Part shown: positions 25,793-34,651 of the stretch, one piece after another | How positions within the stretch are numbered: the first letter of the stretch is position 1 | Layout: the number at the start of each line of letters is the position of its first letter | Virus record (IMG/VR): IMGVR_UViG_3300045988_161245 | Span: 1-64,000 of that record | From: a virus | Strand: one strand, 5' to 3' | DNA length: 64,000 nt | Notes under the pieces: model-generated | The model's database searches: none | What the model was told of the DNA's origin: nothing | Seen by the model: only the letters and a program-made list of their open reading frames with translations | Program-made: the position numbers and the translations under genes

Positions 25793-27121
25793 TCAAATAT
25801 CCACATCGTTATATCTATATCTAGTAATGAATAATGATGTATTTGTCATTTCAAGCTCTCTCATTTTGCAATCAATATATTCTAATTCTTCGTAATAATA
25901 ATCAATATCATGTTTTAATCTATAGGTAATATTAAATTTAAATTCTTTATATTCATCAAGTTGTTTAACATTACTACACCATATGTATTCACTTTTCCTA
26001 TTATATGTAATTCTTTTTTCTTCTTGAACATTAATTAAATTCTTATAAAAATGAATATCATTTAATGTAAACGATTCAAAACCATAATATTCATCATTAT
26101 CGTTATGCATTACAAACTCGTAATTCCAATAATTTTCTCTATAATAGTCAATATTATTAATAAATTCTTCATATGGAATATTCATTCCACTATGCATATC
26201 GATTCCTATTAATCTATTAATATGTTCAACCGTTTTTTCTTTATCTAATGTGAGGCACTTATATTTTGCAAGACCTAATACATGCTGTATATATTGATGA
26301 TTGTTAGTTTCTGCAATAAGACCATATCTGGAATGATAATTTCCGCAAATATATTCAACTTTTCCTAAATATGTTTCCCTACATACGCCTCCGCCTTCTT
26401 CTTTATATTTTCTATTTTCATCATCATAATATGTTACTTTATGTTGTACTGTATTATTTTCACACCAAAATTCTATATGGCATAATGTATTACCTTTTGG
26501 ATCTAATGCTGTTGAAGAAAATTTTACATTTGAATCACAATCTAAATATTGATAAAACATTATCATTTCTTCATATGAATATCTTCGTTCATCACGAATT
26601 TTTTTCATTACAAAATTATCTTTTCTAATATCTTCTAAATATCTTATTTCTCTTTTAAGACTTGTTACTTCATTTTGTAATAATTTTATTTCATTTTCAG
26701 CAACCTCTTTACCACCATTAATGATTCTCACAGCACGTAAATACTCGTCATCGATTTCCTCCATTATGTCAAAACGATTATATTCTTCAATAAATTTAGC
26801 ACTATATTTAGACAAAAGCTCTTTATTGTATTTAATCCATTTAGGCTCAACAAAATCTAATCCACCCCATTCAGATACTTTTGCTTTATTATATCTAGGT
26901 TTATACCGTCTAATTAACTCACTCTCAACTACATCAGACATAATTCTATTTGCTAACTCACAATAATAAATATCTGAGTTATTTATCTCATTCCATCCTT
27001 CTTCTGGAATATTGTCACCTGGTCGTCCATGTCGATTTAGTCTTGAAGTAAGATCTGTATCGTTTTTACCAATATAAATAATTTCATCTTTATATACATA
27101 TTTATAAACATAATTGCCCAT
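25793..27121 (-). CDS. GIY-YIG family homing endonuclease-like protein
   Basis: N-terminal YVYKYVYKDEIIYIGK...R..RH...E...RYKPRYN; start set at ATG 27121 with AGGAG 9 nt upstream. Confidence 0.7.
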   Translation of the reverse strand: MGNYVYKYVYKDEIIYIGKNDTDLTSRLNRHGRPGDNIPEEGWNEINNSDIYYCELANRIMSDVVESELIRRYKPRYNKAKVSEWGGLDFVEPKWIKYNKELLSKYSAKFIEEYNRFDIMEEIDDEYLRAVRIINGGKEVAENEIKLLQNEVTSLKREIRYLEDIRKDNFVMKKIRDERRYSYEEMIMFYQYLDCDSNVKFSSTALDPKGNTLCHIEFWCENNTVQHKVTYYDDENRKYKEEGGGVCRETYLGKVEYICGNYHSRYGLIAETNNHQYIQHVLGLAKYKCLTLDKEKTVEHINRLIGIDMHSGMNIPYEEFINNIDYYRENYWNYEFVMHNDNDEYYGFESFTLNDIHFYKNLINVQEEKRITYNRKSEYIWCSNVKQLDEYKEFKFNITYRLKHDIDYYYEELEYIDCKMRELEMTNTSLFITRYRYNDVDI

Positions 27122-27270
27122 TTTATTTAACTCCTTTTCCGTATTCCAACAAGTCTTATCCATTCATCGTCCTTTAATTTATCCGGATATAGCATTTCAA
27201 AATGCTTGCGCAGGATAGATTGTTGGGTATTTTTCTCTTCTGAGTCTATAGTGATCATCTCCTTTTATAA

Positions 27271-28650
27271 CTAAGATATTTTCTGTTTTAAATATTCATC
27301 ATAAAACATCCATTGGCATTTAATATTTGTATTTGGAATTTTACCTGCACTATGACGTCCGTTTTTATTTCTACAACATTCATAAATAGATTTGTATTGT
27401 TTTATTCCACACCATTTTGCAGCTTCAACACCAGAGTTAAATAAATTCCCATTAGTTATACATATAATTTTTCTATCAGATACACTTTTATCATATATAA
27501 TCACCTTTCCATCTGCTCTTTTCCATCTAAACCCACCTGCCAGCCAATTATTTTTTATTGCTGTCGATATATTATGAATATTTAATAGTTTTTCAGTTTC
27601 ATTAATCCCACAGAATGTATTTAAATATTTTCCATCAGGGGTATATTGATTTATGTATATACTATTATTTTTTATAGCATTTATTTTTAACTTTTCTATT
27701 TTTTCACAATATATTTTTTCTTTAAAATCTATATTTATTTCTTTATTTAAAGAATGTTTTTTAGAATAGTTATAATATTCTTGTCTCGAAATTTGTATAA
27801 ATTTAAATCCTGCATGTATTTTTTTATCATCTATATATTTACGAATAGAAAAATGCGAAATATTTAATTCATTACTGCATTCTAATATACTTGCGTATAC
27901 ATTGATAATTTGTTCTTCTTTTAATTGTGCAACTGGATAACCATTATCACTTACACCAAATCCTCCGCTAGATACGTTATATCCGCATTCCGGATTTGTA
28001 GAATTATACACATCAATATAATATTTTTCTTTTTCAATCGCTTCCCTATAAGTTAAATTATCTTCTAATATCTTATGTTCAAAATTATTCCATCCATATT
28101 TTTTTATTGCGCTATAAAAGTATTTTTGTCTATTATATCCTTTTCCATTTTGGAATCTTTTACAAAAATTTTGATGTGTTATTCCTATATAAACTTTTTT
28201 GCTTGGAGAAATATGAATATATACTTTATAATCTTTTATCGACGAATTTAATCTTATTGAATTATCTTGTTTATATTTTGTTTTATTCCAACAGCCACAT
28301 GATTTTACATGACCACTTTTTAAATAACTAATTTTAGTTCTTTTAATTTTTTTACAGTCACATTCACACACCCATTCTTTTGTTTCAAAATCATAATATA
28401 AAGCAGTTAGCTTTCCAAATTTTTGACCAGATATATCTTCCCAATTCGGATGCAATTGTTTTATATTTCTGTACATTGCTGCCTCTCTAATTTGTTTATG
28501 TGAAGAATTTGGAAATATTTTCTCTAATTCACTCCAATTTCTAATTGGATAATATTTATATAATGCATCGATTTGTTCTTTACTAAATTTATTTGATTCT
28601 CTCAACTTTAAAAAAGGAAGTAATTGCAATTTTACCAGGCCCGACTCCAC
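27271..28650 (-). CDS. GIY-YIG homing endonuclease with N-terminal Cys-rich and C-terminal NUMOD-like DNA-binding modules
   Basis: YKVYIHISPSKKVYIGIT...RF..G...YFYSAIKKYGWNNFEHKILE...EKEKYYIDVYNS...GYNVSSGG; N-terminal GQKFGKLTAL...CECDC...SCGCW. Confidence 0.8.
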   Translation of the reverse strand: MESGLVKLQLLPFLKLRESNKFSKEQIDALYKYYPIRNWSELEKIFPNSSHKQIREAAMYRNIKQLHPNWEDISGQKFGKLTALYYDFETKEWVCECDCKKIKRTKISYLKSGHVKSCGCWNKTKYKQDNSIRLNSSIKDYKVYIHISPSKKVYIGITHQNFCKRFQNGKGYNRQKYFYSAIKKYGWNNFEHKILEDNLTYREAIEKEKYYIDVYNSTNPECGYNVSSGGFGVSDNGYPVAQLKEEQIINVYASILECSNELNISHFSIRKYIDDKKIHAGFKFIQISRQEYYNYSKKHSLNKEINIDFKEKIYCEKIEKLKINAIKNNSIYINQYTPDGKYLNTFCGINETEKLLNIHNISTAIKNNWLAGGFRWKRADGKVIIYDKSVSDRKIICITNGNLFNSGVEAAKWCGIKQYKSIYECCRNKNGRHSAGKIPNTNIKCQWMFYDEYLKQKIS

Positions 28651-28697
28651 TACCTCCCTCTTTAATTTATAAAATTATTCACCGATAAAACTCCAAT

Positions 28698-28898
28698 TTA
28701 ATCTTCATCCACACCAAGAAATTCTTTAAATAATCTAAGCATTTCTTTTTCTTCCGGAAAGAACATATCAATTCCCTTACCTTTAAGCCAATATTCAAAA
28801 TTACTTATCAGCTGTCCAAATCTCCAATCAGGAACATTGTCTTTCCATATACTTCCAAATTCATCACAAAATTTATCAATTCTCTTTGGATCTCTCAA
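28698..28898 (-). CDS. hypothetical protein (66 aa)
   Basis: ORF track; 4-nt overlap with the upstream gene. Confidence 0.55.
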   Translation of the reverse strand: MRDPKRIDKFCDEFGSIWKDNVPDWRFGQLISNFEYWLKGKGIDMFFPEEKEMLRLFKEFLGVDED

Positions 28899-29242
28899 TC
28901 GTTACCAAACTCCTCTCTTATAAATGTTCTCCATGCTTCTCTTGATACATAAGCTATATGTGGTTTATCAATTCTCTTTTTACAATCTTCTAATGTATTA
29001 AAATAATATGCGCAACTTAAATATGGAACATACTTACCATCAATACAGTAAATTTTATTTCCTTTATATTTTTCTACAAAATATTGAGCTTCCCATTTTT
29101 CTTTACATTCATTACTACAAACATAAATATTTTTATGGAACTTCGGCTCATAAGTCTTCGAGCAACCTTTGTAAAATGCTGGCATCTCTTTTCCACACAC
29201 TATACATATACTTACTGAACTAATCATCCCATCTATATCCAA
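28895..29242 (-). CDS. Cys-rich hypothetical protein (115 aa)
   Basis: ORF track; packed array. Confidence 0.55.
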   Translation of the reverse strand: MDIDGMISSVSICIVCGKEMPAFYKGCSKTYEPKFHKNIYVCSNECKEKWEAQYFVEKYKGNKIYCIDGKYVPYLSCAYYFNTLEDCKKRIDKPHIAYVSREAWRTFIREEFGND

Positions 29243-29243
29243 T

Positions 29244-29456
29244 CTACATTCTATGATATTTTCTATAAAATTGACAAAATCCTTTGTTTGTCTTTTTTTG
29301 AAGTAGTTTCATCTTTCCATTCTCAAAATCAGGTATCTTCATCTGCATCCAATATTCATGTTTTCGCTTATCAAGATCCGACTTATACTCTTCTTCATTT
29401 TCATATTCAACACATTCTTCTTCGTACCAAATTTTCTTAGAACTAATTAATCTCAT
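29244..29456 (-). CDS. hypothetical protein (70 aa)
   Basis: ORF track; GGAGG 9 nt upstream of ATG 29456. Confidence 0.55.
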   Translation of the reverse strand: MRLISSKKIWYEEECVEYENEEEYKSDLDKRKHEYWMQMKIPDFENGKMKLLQKKTNKGFCQFYRKYHRM

Positions 29457-29461
29457 CTTTT

Positions 29462-29614
29462 CTACCTCCCTAACATCATTAAGATAATTGCAGCAATCAA
29501 AAATATATGAGATATAATTAAATAAATCGCCCTAAGTTTTATTTCTGTACTTTTTACATTATTTTCCATATAGAAAATAACAAAACTAATAATTGCACAC
29601 GCTATAGATCTCAT
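29462..29614 (-). CDS. small membrane protein (50 aa, below ORF-track cutoff)
   Basis: Hand-translated MRSIACAIISFVIFYME...IYLIISHIFLIAAIILMMLGR; ATGA overlap with the upstream ORF. Confidence 0.45.
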   Translation of the reverse strand: MRSIACAIISFVIFYMENNVKSTEIKLRAIYLIISHIFLIAAIILMMLGR

Positions 29615-29775
29615 CTTCTACCTCCAAAAAACATTTCATCCATCAGCATAAATGCCAACGGTACCACCATCGTAGTTAAACAATAATATTGCTTTGTGGC
29701 TGCCACAGATATTGCGGTAACAATACTGCAACAGATCCACATCATTATGTATACAATTGCACGATTCTTCTTCAT
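29611..29775 (-). CDS. small membrane protein (54 aa, below ORF-track cutoff)
   Basis: Hand-translated MKKNRAIVYIMMWICCSIVTAISVAAT...; TAATG overlap with the upstream gene. Confidence 0.45.
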   Translation of the reverse strand: MKKNRAIVYIMMWICCSIVTAISVAATKQYYCLTTMVVPLAFMLMDEMFFGGRR

Positions 29776-30083
29776 TAGTGATACCTCAAATACTCAGATA
29801 AATTAAATAATTCATTTACTTTTTTCTCAAACTTTTTTACATTTAATAATGTTTTCAGTTGATCATCAGATAATTTTGTACATCTTTTCAACTCATCAAT
29901 TACCATCTGCATATTTTTTATCTCATTATTTTTAGAATCAAGTTCCCTTTGCATACTATGTATTTTGTCGTATAATTCAAATTTTACTGAATTCAGTTCA
30001 TGGTTTAATTCTCTGATTTGCTTTCTGAACTCAGCTCTTTCTTTTTCAAATGCTTTATCTTTTGCAGATAATTGTTTCTTCAT
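29775..30083 (-). CDS. coiled-coil-like protein (102 aa)
   Basis: ORF track; K/E/L-rich heptad-like sequence; 4-nt overlap with the ATPase gene. Confidence 0.55.
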   Translation of the reverse strand: MKKQLSAKDKAFEKERAEFRKQIRELNHELNSVKFELYDKIHSMQRELDSKNNEIKNMQMVIDELKRCTKLSDDQLKTLLNVKKFEKKVNELFNLSEYLRYH

Positions 30084-31039
30084 ACTAAATCATCCTCATT
30101 TGGGATCTGGAACACCTGGTCCTGATAATAGATAATCTTTGGTGGTTCGCCATCAATAATTTCCATCCTCTGTTTCGCTTGAACTTTGCTTTCTAACATT
30201 GTAAGAACCTTATCGATACTTTCCTGTTTGCTAAAACTTCCGGCAGGAATCTTATCGAAGTACAACACATATTTTTGTTTACCACCTTCAGTTTTTCTTT
30301 CTGAATAAACATCTGTTACATTAGCCAGATTAATAAATCTTTTTTCGTTCTGTGCTTTTATAAACATATTCATTCCTCCTTTCTTAACTCCATATCTTTT
30401 GTCTTTAATTTCCCTTGACTTGCAAATGAACTTTGAGTATTCGTCATAATTTTCAAATGTTCTGTACTTGCAGTTATAAACATCAAAACACAGTTCTTCA
30501 TTTGCAAACTCGTAAGCATTTGTTGAAACTATAATATAAATTTCAACTCCCTTTGACTTACAATCTTCTTCTATTATTGAAAACAGTTTGTTCTTAATTT
30601 CTTTAATTCCATCAATACTCAATCCACTATCTGCAGCATCAAAGAAAACCCATAGTTCCTTATTCTCTTTTGTCAATACACTTGTTACCGCTCTACCAAT
30701 TTTTGCAGCATAGTTTCCAATATTCATCAAAATATTTTCACCCTCGCTTGACATTACTGCAGTAGCTAAAAATGAAAAATCTCCTGTATATCCAGCCCAA
30801 CTTCGTGCGTTCTCTCCACCATCAAAAAGATTATTGAAACTTGTATATGTAATTTTTTCATTGTCCAACAGCCTTTTTAATTGTTGAATCAATGTTGTTT
30901 TACCAGATCCATTACATCCAACCAGGACTGTTAATCCAGAGTTAATTTCTATATTTGCCTTCCGGTATAATATTTGATCTTCTTCCCAATAGTTTCGGAT
31001 AATTTTAAATTTCCTGCTCAATACATTACATCCTTTCAA
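30080..31039 (-). CDS. ABC/SMC-like P-loop ATPase with degenerate Walker B and H-loop
   Basis: VGCNGSGKTT (Walker A), MSSEGEN (signature-like), WVFFDAADSGLS (Walker B-like with no Glu), IIVSTNAYE (H-loop position is Asn). Confidence 0.6.
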   Translation of the reverse strand: MKGCNVLSRKFKIIRNYWEEDQILYRKANIEINSGLTVLVGCNGSGKTTLIQQLKRLLDNEKITYTSFNNLFDGGENARSWAGYTGDFSFLATAVMSSEGENILMNIGNYAAKIGRAVTSVLTKENKELWVFFDAADSGLSIDGIKEIKNKLFSIIEEDCKSKGVEIYIIVSTNAYEFANEELCFDVYNCKYRTFENYDEYSKFICKSREIKDKRYGVKKGGMNMFIKAQNEKRFINLANVTDVYSERKTEGGKQKYVLYFDKIPAGSFSKQESIDKVLTMLESKVQAKQRMEIIDGEPPKIIYYQDQVFQIPNEDDLV

Positions 31040-31766
31040 ATTGACTCATTAAGTCGTCTGTTAACTCGTTCGTGTATTTAATATTAATATTCTGAGGATT
31101 CTGTATACTCTCTGACACTGCAACCATTCGCTCATATAATTTAGAGGATGTATTATTAGATATGATCATTTGTACAACGGCTAACTCGTTTTTAATTTGC
31201 CTTCTTTTTTTCCTTATCTCAAATAACTTCATTCTCTCCTTATATGCCATGGATGCATTTGGACGTTCATTATTCTCAATAACATGTAAGAAAACATCCT
31301 GCGCTTGATCTATTAGACTTAATTTCTTATAGAGATATTCCATTCGCTCTCTTGCTTCCTCTTTAATTCCATTGCAGCTATGTAATTTCTTGAGCCAATT
31401 ATCTATGTTATTGTTATGAGCTTCTTCTTTGATAATTGGTTTATTCTCAATTTTTTTCTCTTGCTTGACTTCTGGTTTCGCTTCTACGATCAGATTTTCT
31501 TTCAACTCTGTATAACATCCGGTTTTCTTTGCATGTTCAGCTGCTCTTTGAAGTATTTGTTCTTGTTTAATCTCGCATTCCGTTTTTCCTTCAATTAATG
31601 GCTCAATTTCAAACTTATACTTTTTTAGATTGTTTGGAGGATTTTTAATGAGATTTTTCGCCTTTTGCTCTTCAAAAGTTTTTGCACATATTTTGGGACC
31701 AAGTTTTATTTTGCTTTTTCTATCAAAATGAACATATTGATCACCACATCTAATTAAACAACTCAC
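31026..31766 (-). CDS. hypothetical protein (246 aa; GTG start)
   Basis: ORF track; 14-nt overlap with the ATPase gene; begins directly after the IS right-end repeat. Confidence 0.5.
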   Translation of the reverse strand: MSCLIRCGDQYVHFDRKSKIKLGPKICAKTFEEQKAKNLIKNPPNNLKKYKFEIEPLIEGKTECEIKQEQILQRAAEHAKKTGCYTELKENLIVEAKPEVKQEKKIENKPIIKEEAHNNNIDNWLKKLHSCNGIKEEARERMEYLYKKLSLIDQAQDVFLHVIENNERPNASMAYKERMKLFEIRKKRRQIKNELAVVQMIISNNTSSKLYERMVAVSESIQNPQNINIKYTNELTDDLMSQFERM

Positions 31767-31793
31767 ATATTCTCACCTGCCTTATTTGAACCT

Positions 31794-31820
31794 CTCATCA
31801 CTAAAGTTACGAGATTCTTG
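31794..31820. repeat. element-end repeat (CTCATCACTAAAGTTACGAGATTCTTG)
   Basis: About 21/27 identical to 33051-33078, in the same orientation. Confidence 0.55.
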
Positions 31821-31892
31821 GGAACTTCCTACTACTGCAAGAATATTAACCAAGCTAACCCGATAGTTCCTACCGTTCTTGTTTTATAGTTT

Positions 31893-32996
31893 CTAAGCTA
31901 CTTTTAACATTTTCACTCCTTCATTTAGAATGTTAATTGCAGCATTTATATCACGATCATGATGCGTTCCACATTGTGGACAATCCCATTCACGAACTAA
32001 TAAATCTTTAGTCTGTTTATTTATATATCCGCACACATTGCAAGTCTGTGAACTTGCGAAGAATTTATCCACTTTTATAACATCTCTTCCGTACCAATCG
32101 GCTTTATATGTGAGCTGTCGTACAAATTCAGACCATGAAACATCAGCAATAGACCTTGCAAGCCTATGATTTTTAATCATGTTTTTTACTTGTAAATCTT
32201 CAATACAGATCACATCGTTGTTCCTGATAATCTCAGTAGATAATTTTTGTAGAAAATCTTTGCGCTGATTTGCAATATGCTCATGAAGTCTGGCAACTTT
32301 AATTCTTGCTTTATTACGATTTGAACCACCTTTCGATTTTCGAGATAGTTTTCTTTGCAATTTAGCAAGCTTGCATAATGACTTCCTAAGATATCTTGGA
32401 TTTTCAATCATTTCACCATCAGAAGTAATACAAAATTCTTTAATTCCAAGATCAATCCCAATTGAACTTCCAATCTTTTCTAATGGTTTTATATCTACGT
32501 CAGTACAACAGAGTGATACGAAATATTTTCCACTAGGCTCTTGTGATACAGTTGCATTAAGTATCCTGCCTTGTGGTATCAACTTGTTTTTCGTTTTTAC
32601 CATTCCAAGTTTAGGTAACTTAATATACTTATTACAATACTGAATATTCCCATTTACACATTTTGACTTATATGAATATCTATGTGTTTTCTTTGATTTA
32701 AATTTCGGATATCCTGTATGTTCTTTGAAGAATTTTTGATAAGCCGAATCTAAGTCTCTAAGCGAAGATTGAAGAGCAGTGGAATCAACTTCTTTAAGCC
32801 ATTTCAATTCAGTTTTAAGTTTTTTCATATCATTTGCACATTGCGCATATGCAAAAGTCTCTTTATTCTTTTCGTATATCTCAATTCTTTTTGCAAGATA
32901 TGTATTATATACAAATCTACAGTAACCAAATGTTTTGGCAATAATCTCTCTTTGTTTCTTGTTTGGATATATTCTATATTTGTAAGCTTTTTCCAC
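31893..32996 (-). CDS. tnpB: TnpB (IS605 OrfB family RNA-guided endonuclease)
   Basis: [11 protein letters not shown]-terminus; GIDLGIKEF (RuvC-I D), [10 protein letters not shown] (E), CNVCG...CPQCG zinc finger, [11 protein letters not shown] (RuvC-III D). Confidence 0.9.
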   Translation of the reverse strand: MEKAYKYRIYPNKKQREIIAKTFGYCRFVYNTYLAKRIEIYEKNKETFAYAQCANDMKKLKTELKWLKEVDSTALQSSLRDLDSAYQKFFKEHTGYPKFKSKKTHRYSYKSKCVNGNIQYCNKYIKLPKLGMVKTKNKLIPQGRILNATVSQEPSGKYFVSLCCTDVDIKPLEKIGSSIGIDLGIKEFCITSDGEMIENPRYLRKSLCKLAKLQRKLSRKSKGGSNRNKARIKVARLHEHIANQRKDFLQKLSTEIIRNNDVICIEDLQVKNMIKNHRLARSIADVSWSEFVRQLTYKADWYGRDVIKVDKFFASSQTCNVCGYINKQTKDLLVREWDCPQCGTHHDRDINAAINILNEGVKMLKVA

Positions 32997-33050
32997 TATA
33001 CTTCACCTCACTTTCATATATTTATATATTCTCTCTGTCAAACGATTCAT

Positions 33051-33078
33051 CTCACGACTAAAGTCACGATTATTCTTG
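33051..33078. repeat. element-end repeat (CTCACGACTAAAGTCACGATTATTCTTG)
   Basis: Partner of 31794-31820. Confidence 0.55.
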
Positions 33079-33090
33079 TTTGAAGCGCAA

Positions 33091-33127
33091 TAAAAATAGA
33101 GTGCCAAGTTTAATTACCTGACACTCT
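33091..33127 (-). terminator. rho-independent terminator after gene 33157-33375
   Basis: 11-bp stem (AGAGUGUCAGG/CUUGGCACUCU with 2 G-U pairs), 8-nt loop, then AUUUUUAUU on the minus strand. Confidence 0.6.
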
Positions 33128-33156
33128 ACTCTTCTTATTTAATACTTAATTTATTC

Positions 33157-33375
33157 TTATTTTCTATTCTGTCTTCTCTGTTTCTGTCTTTCTTTGCGAA
33201 TTCTGTTTTTAGCTTTCTGATTTTTACGAATCTGTTCTGCCTTTTCTAATTCTGCATCCTCCTGTAAAAATGTCTGCACCATATTTTTAAGATACTTAAT
33301 GTATTTATCAAGTGCAATACCGGTATTCTTATGTAATAAATATTTTGCAGTTATTTTTGCTTCAAAAGAACTCAT
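33157..33375 (-). CDS. basic C-terminal protein; ORF is open a further 78 codons upstream (to 33609) without ATG/GTG/TTG
   Basis: ORF track for MSSFEAK...; the hand-translated upstream extension ANVLNIKIGFTGGHEQTLVPKKVYH... contains no stop. Confidence 0.45.
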   Translation of the reverse strand: MSSFEAKITAKYLLHKNTGIALDKYIKYLKNMVQTFLQEDAELEKAEQIRKNQKAKNRIRKERQKQRRQNRK

Positions 33376-33596
33376 ATCAGACTCAAACGGAAAACTAAAT
33401 CTTTTATAAATTGCCTTGGCAACAATAATATTGAATGCTACACTTGGATCATACTTATCATCTGCAATTGGTTTTGCTTTAATTTTTCCAACGCTATCTC
33501 CAAAATCAATTACAATTGTACTTGTTGTCGAATCGTGATAAACCTTTTTAGGAACTAAAGTTTGTTCGTGTCCACCTGTAAATCCAATTTTTATAT

Positions 33597-33953
33597 TTAA
33601 TACATTCGCTTACTTTCGTATTTCTCTTTAATCTGCTGCTCCAATGGTTTCTTTTCATATTCGTTTTTCTGCATAATCTTATCCTCACTTTTCTTTTCAT
33701 CGTATAATTTTAAATATTTTTCATTTACAATCTGTCCATAACCATCTTTACACATTCCATTACAATCATGTCCACCAATATTTTCTTCAAATGCAACTTT
33801 ATAAGACATACTTCCATTGTCCCAACTGGTACAAGCACCACATATTGTTCCAACCAAATTAAAAAGATCTTTTTTTGCACTAATACATGGATATTCCATC
33901 TCCTCTTTATGTGCAGTTATAATAACTTTATCTCCAATTTGAAATTTACCCAT
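33597..33953 (-). CDS. hypothetical protein (118 aa)
   Basis: ORF track; packed array. Confidence 0.6.
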   Translation of the reverse strand: MGKFQIGDKVIITAHKEEMEYPCISAKKDLFNLVGTICGACTSWDNGSMSYKVAFEENIGGHDCNGMCKDGYGQIVNEKYLKLYDEKKSEDKIMQKNEYEKKPLEQQIKEKYESKRMY

Positions 33954-33970
33954 AAAATTCTCCTTTTCTT

Positions 33971-34378
33971 TTATAATCCGTAATCTTCCAGATCAATATA
34001 CTTCAGCGAATCCACTACTCTCTGGTTCAAAAACCAGTTGGTCCAAGGATTGTCTGCCCAATATTTTGCATCATAAACTTCTTTATTCCATTTATATACA
34101 TTTTGAATTACATTTGCCTTGGAAACATCTTCATATTCACTTGAAATAATCTGACATTGCTTTATAAGTGATTCATACTCAATTTGCTTTGAATGTACTT
34201 TCTTTTCGGTGTTACACTGTTCTATAGCTATAGTTGGAATACAAAGAACTAAGCCGGTTATAGATAATATTATTAGTGCTGCGCATATAATATCAATATA
34301 GATTTCAGAACTTCTTTCACATGCAATAAGAACAAAAGCAATAAGTAACATAATGACCAATATTAATATAATAATCAT
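33971..34378 (-). CDS. membrane protein (135 aa)
   Basis: Two N-terminal hydrophobic segments (IIILILVIMLLIAFVLIA, ICAALIILSITGLVLCIPTIAI). Confidence 0.6.
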   Translation of the reverse strand: MIIILILVIMLLIAFVLIACERSSEIYIDIICAALIILSITGLVLCIPTIAIEQCNTEKKVHSKQIEYESLIKQCQIISSEYEDVSKANVIQNVYKWNKEVYDAKYWADNPWTNWFLNQRVVDSLKYIDLEDYGL

Positions 34379-34421
34379 AATTTAATATCCTTTCCGTTTT
34401 ATTCTTCATCAGGTTTTAAAA

Positions 34422-34646
34422 TCATTCCACATTCTCCCACTTGCAGAGCACAGATTTTCCTGTGCTCAGTTCATCAAGTTCACTTTTCTTAATATAATTC
34501 CATGCATAATACTTCTTACCACAAACCAAACACTCCATAGTCTCAAGTCTCATCGGAAAACCGCTCTGATCGAACTGGATCACATTTGATTTTGCTACAA
34601 TTACACTTTTAGGATGTCTGCAAAATATAGCCATATTTATCACCAC
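34422..34646 (-). CDS. hypothetical protein (74 aa)
   Basis: ORF track; CLVCGKKY motif. Confidence 0.55.
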   Translation of the reverse strand: MVINMAIFCRHPKSVIVAKSNVIQFDQSGFPMRLETMECLVCGKKYYAWNYIKKSELDELSTGKSVLCKWENVE

Positions 34647-34651
34647 CTGCC

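Larger units (their letters stand above)
31780..33090 (-). mobile_element. IS200/IS605-type element carrying tnpB only (boundaries approximate)
   Basis: tnpB is flanked by 27-28 nt imperfect direct repeats at 31794-31820 and 33051-33078; no tnpA. Confidence 0.6.

Noticed and set aside
27127-27258. Small ORF (MITIDSEEKNTQQSILRKHFE…) between the two GIY-YIG genes
   Set aside because: Its ATG is directly abutted by the AGGAG (zero spacing), and it overlaps the better-supported start region of the downstream endonuclease gene. This is too weak to annotate.
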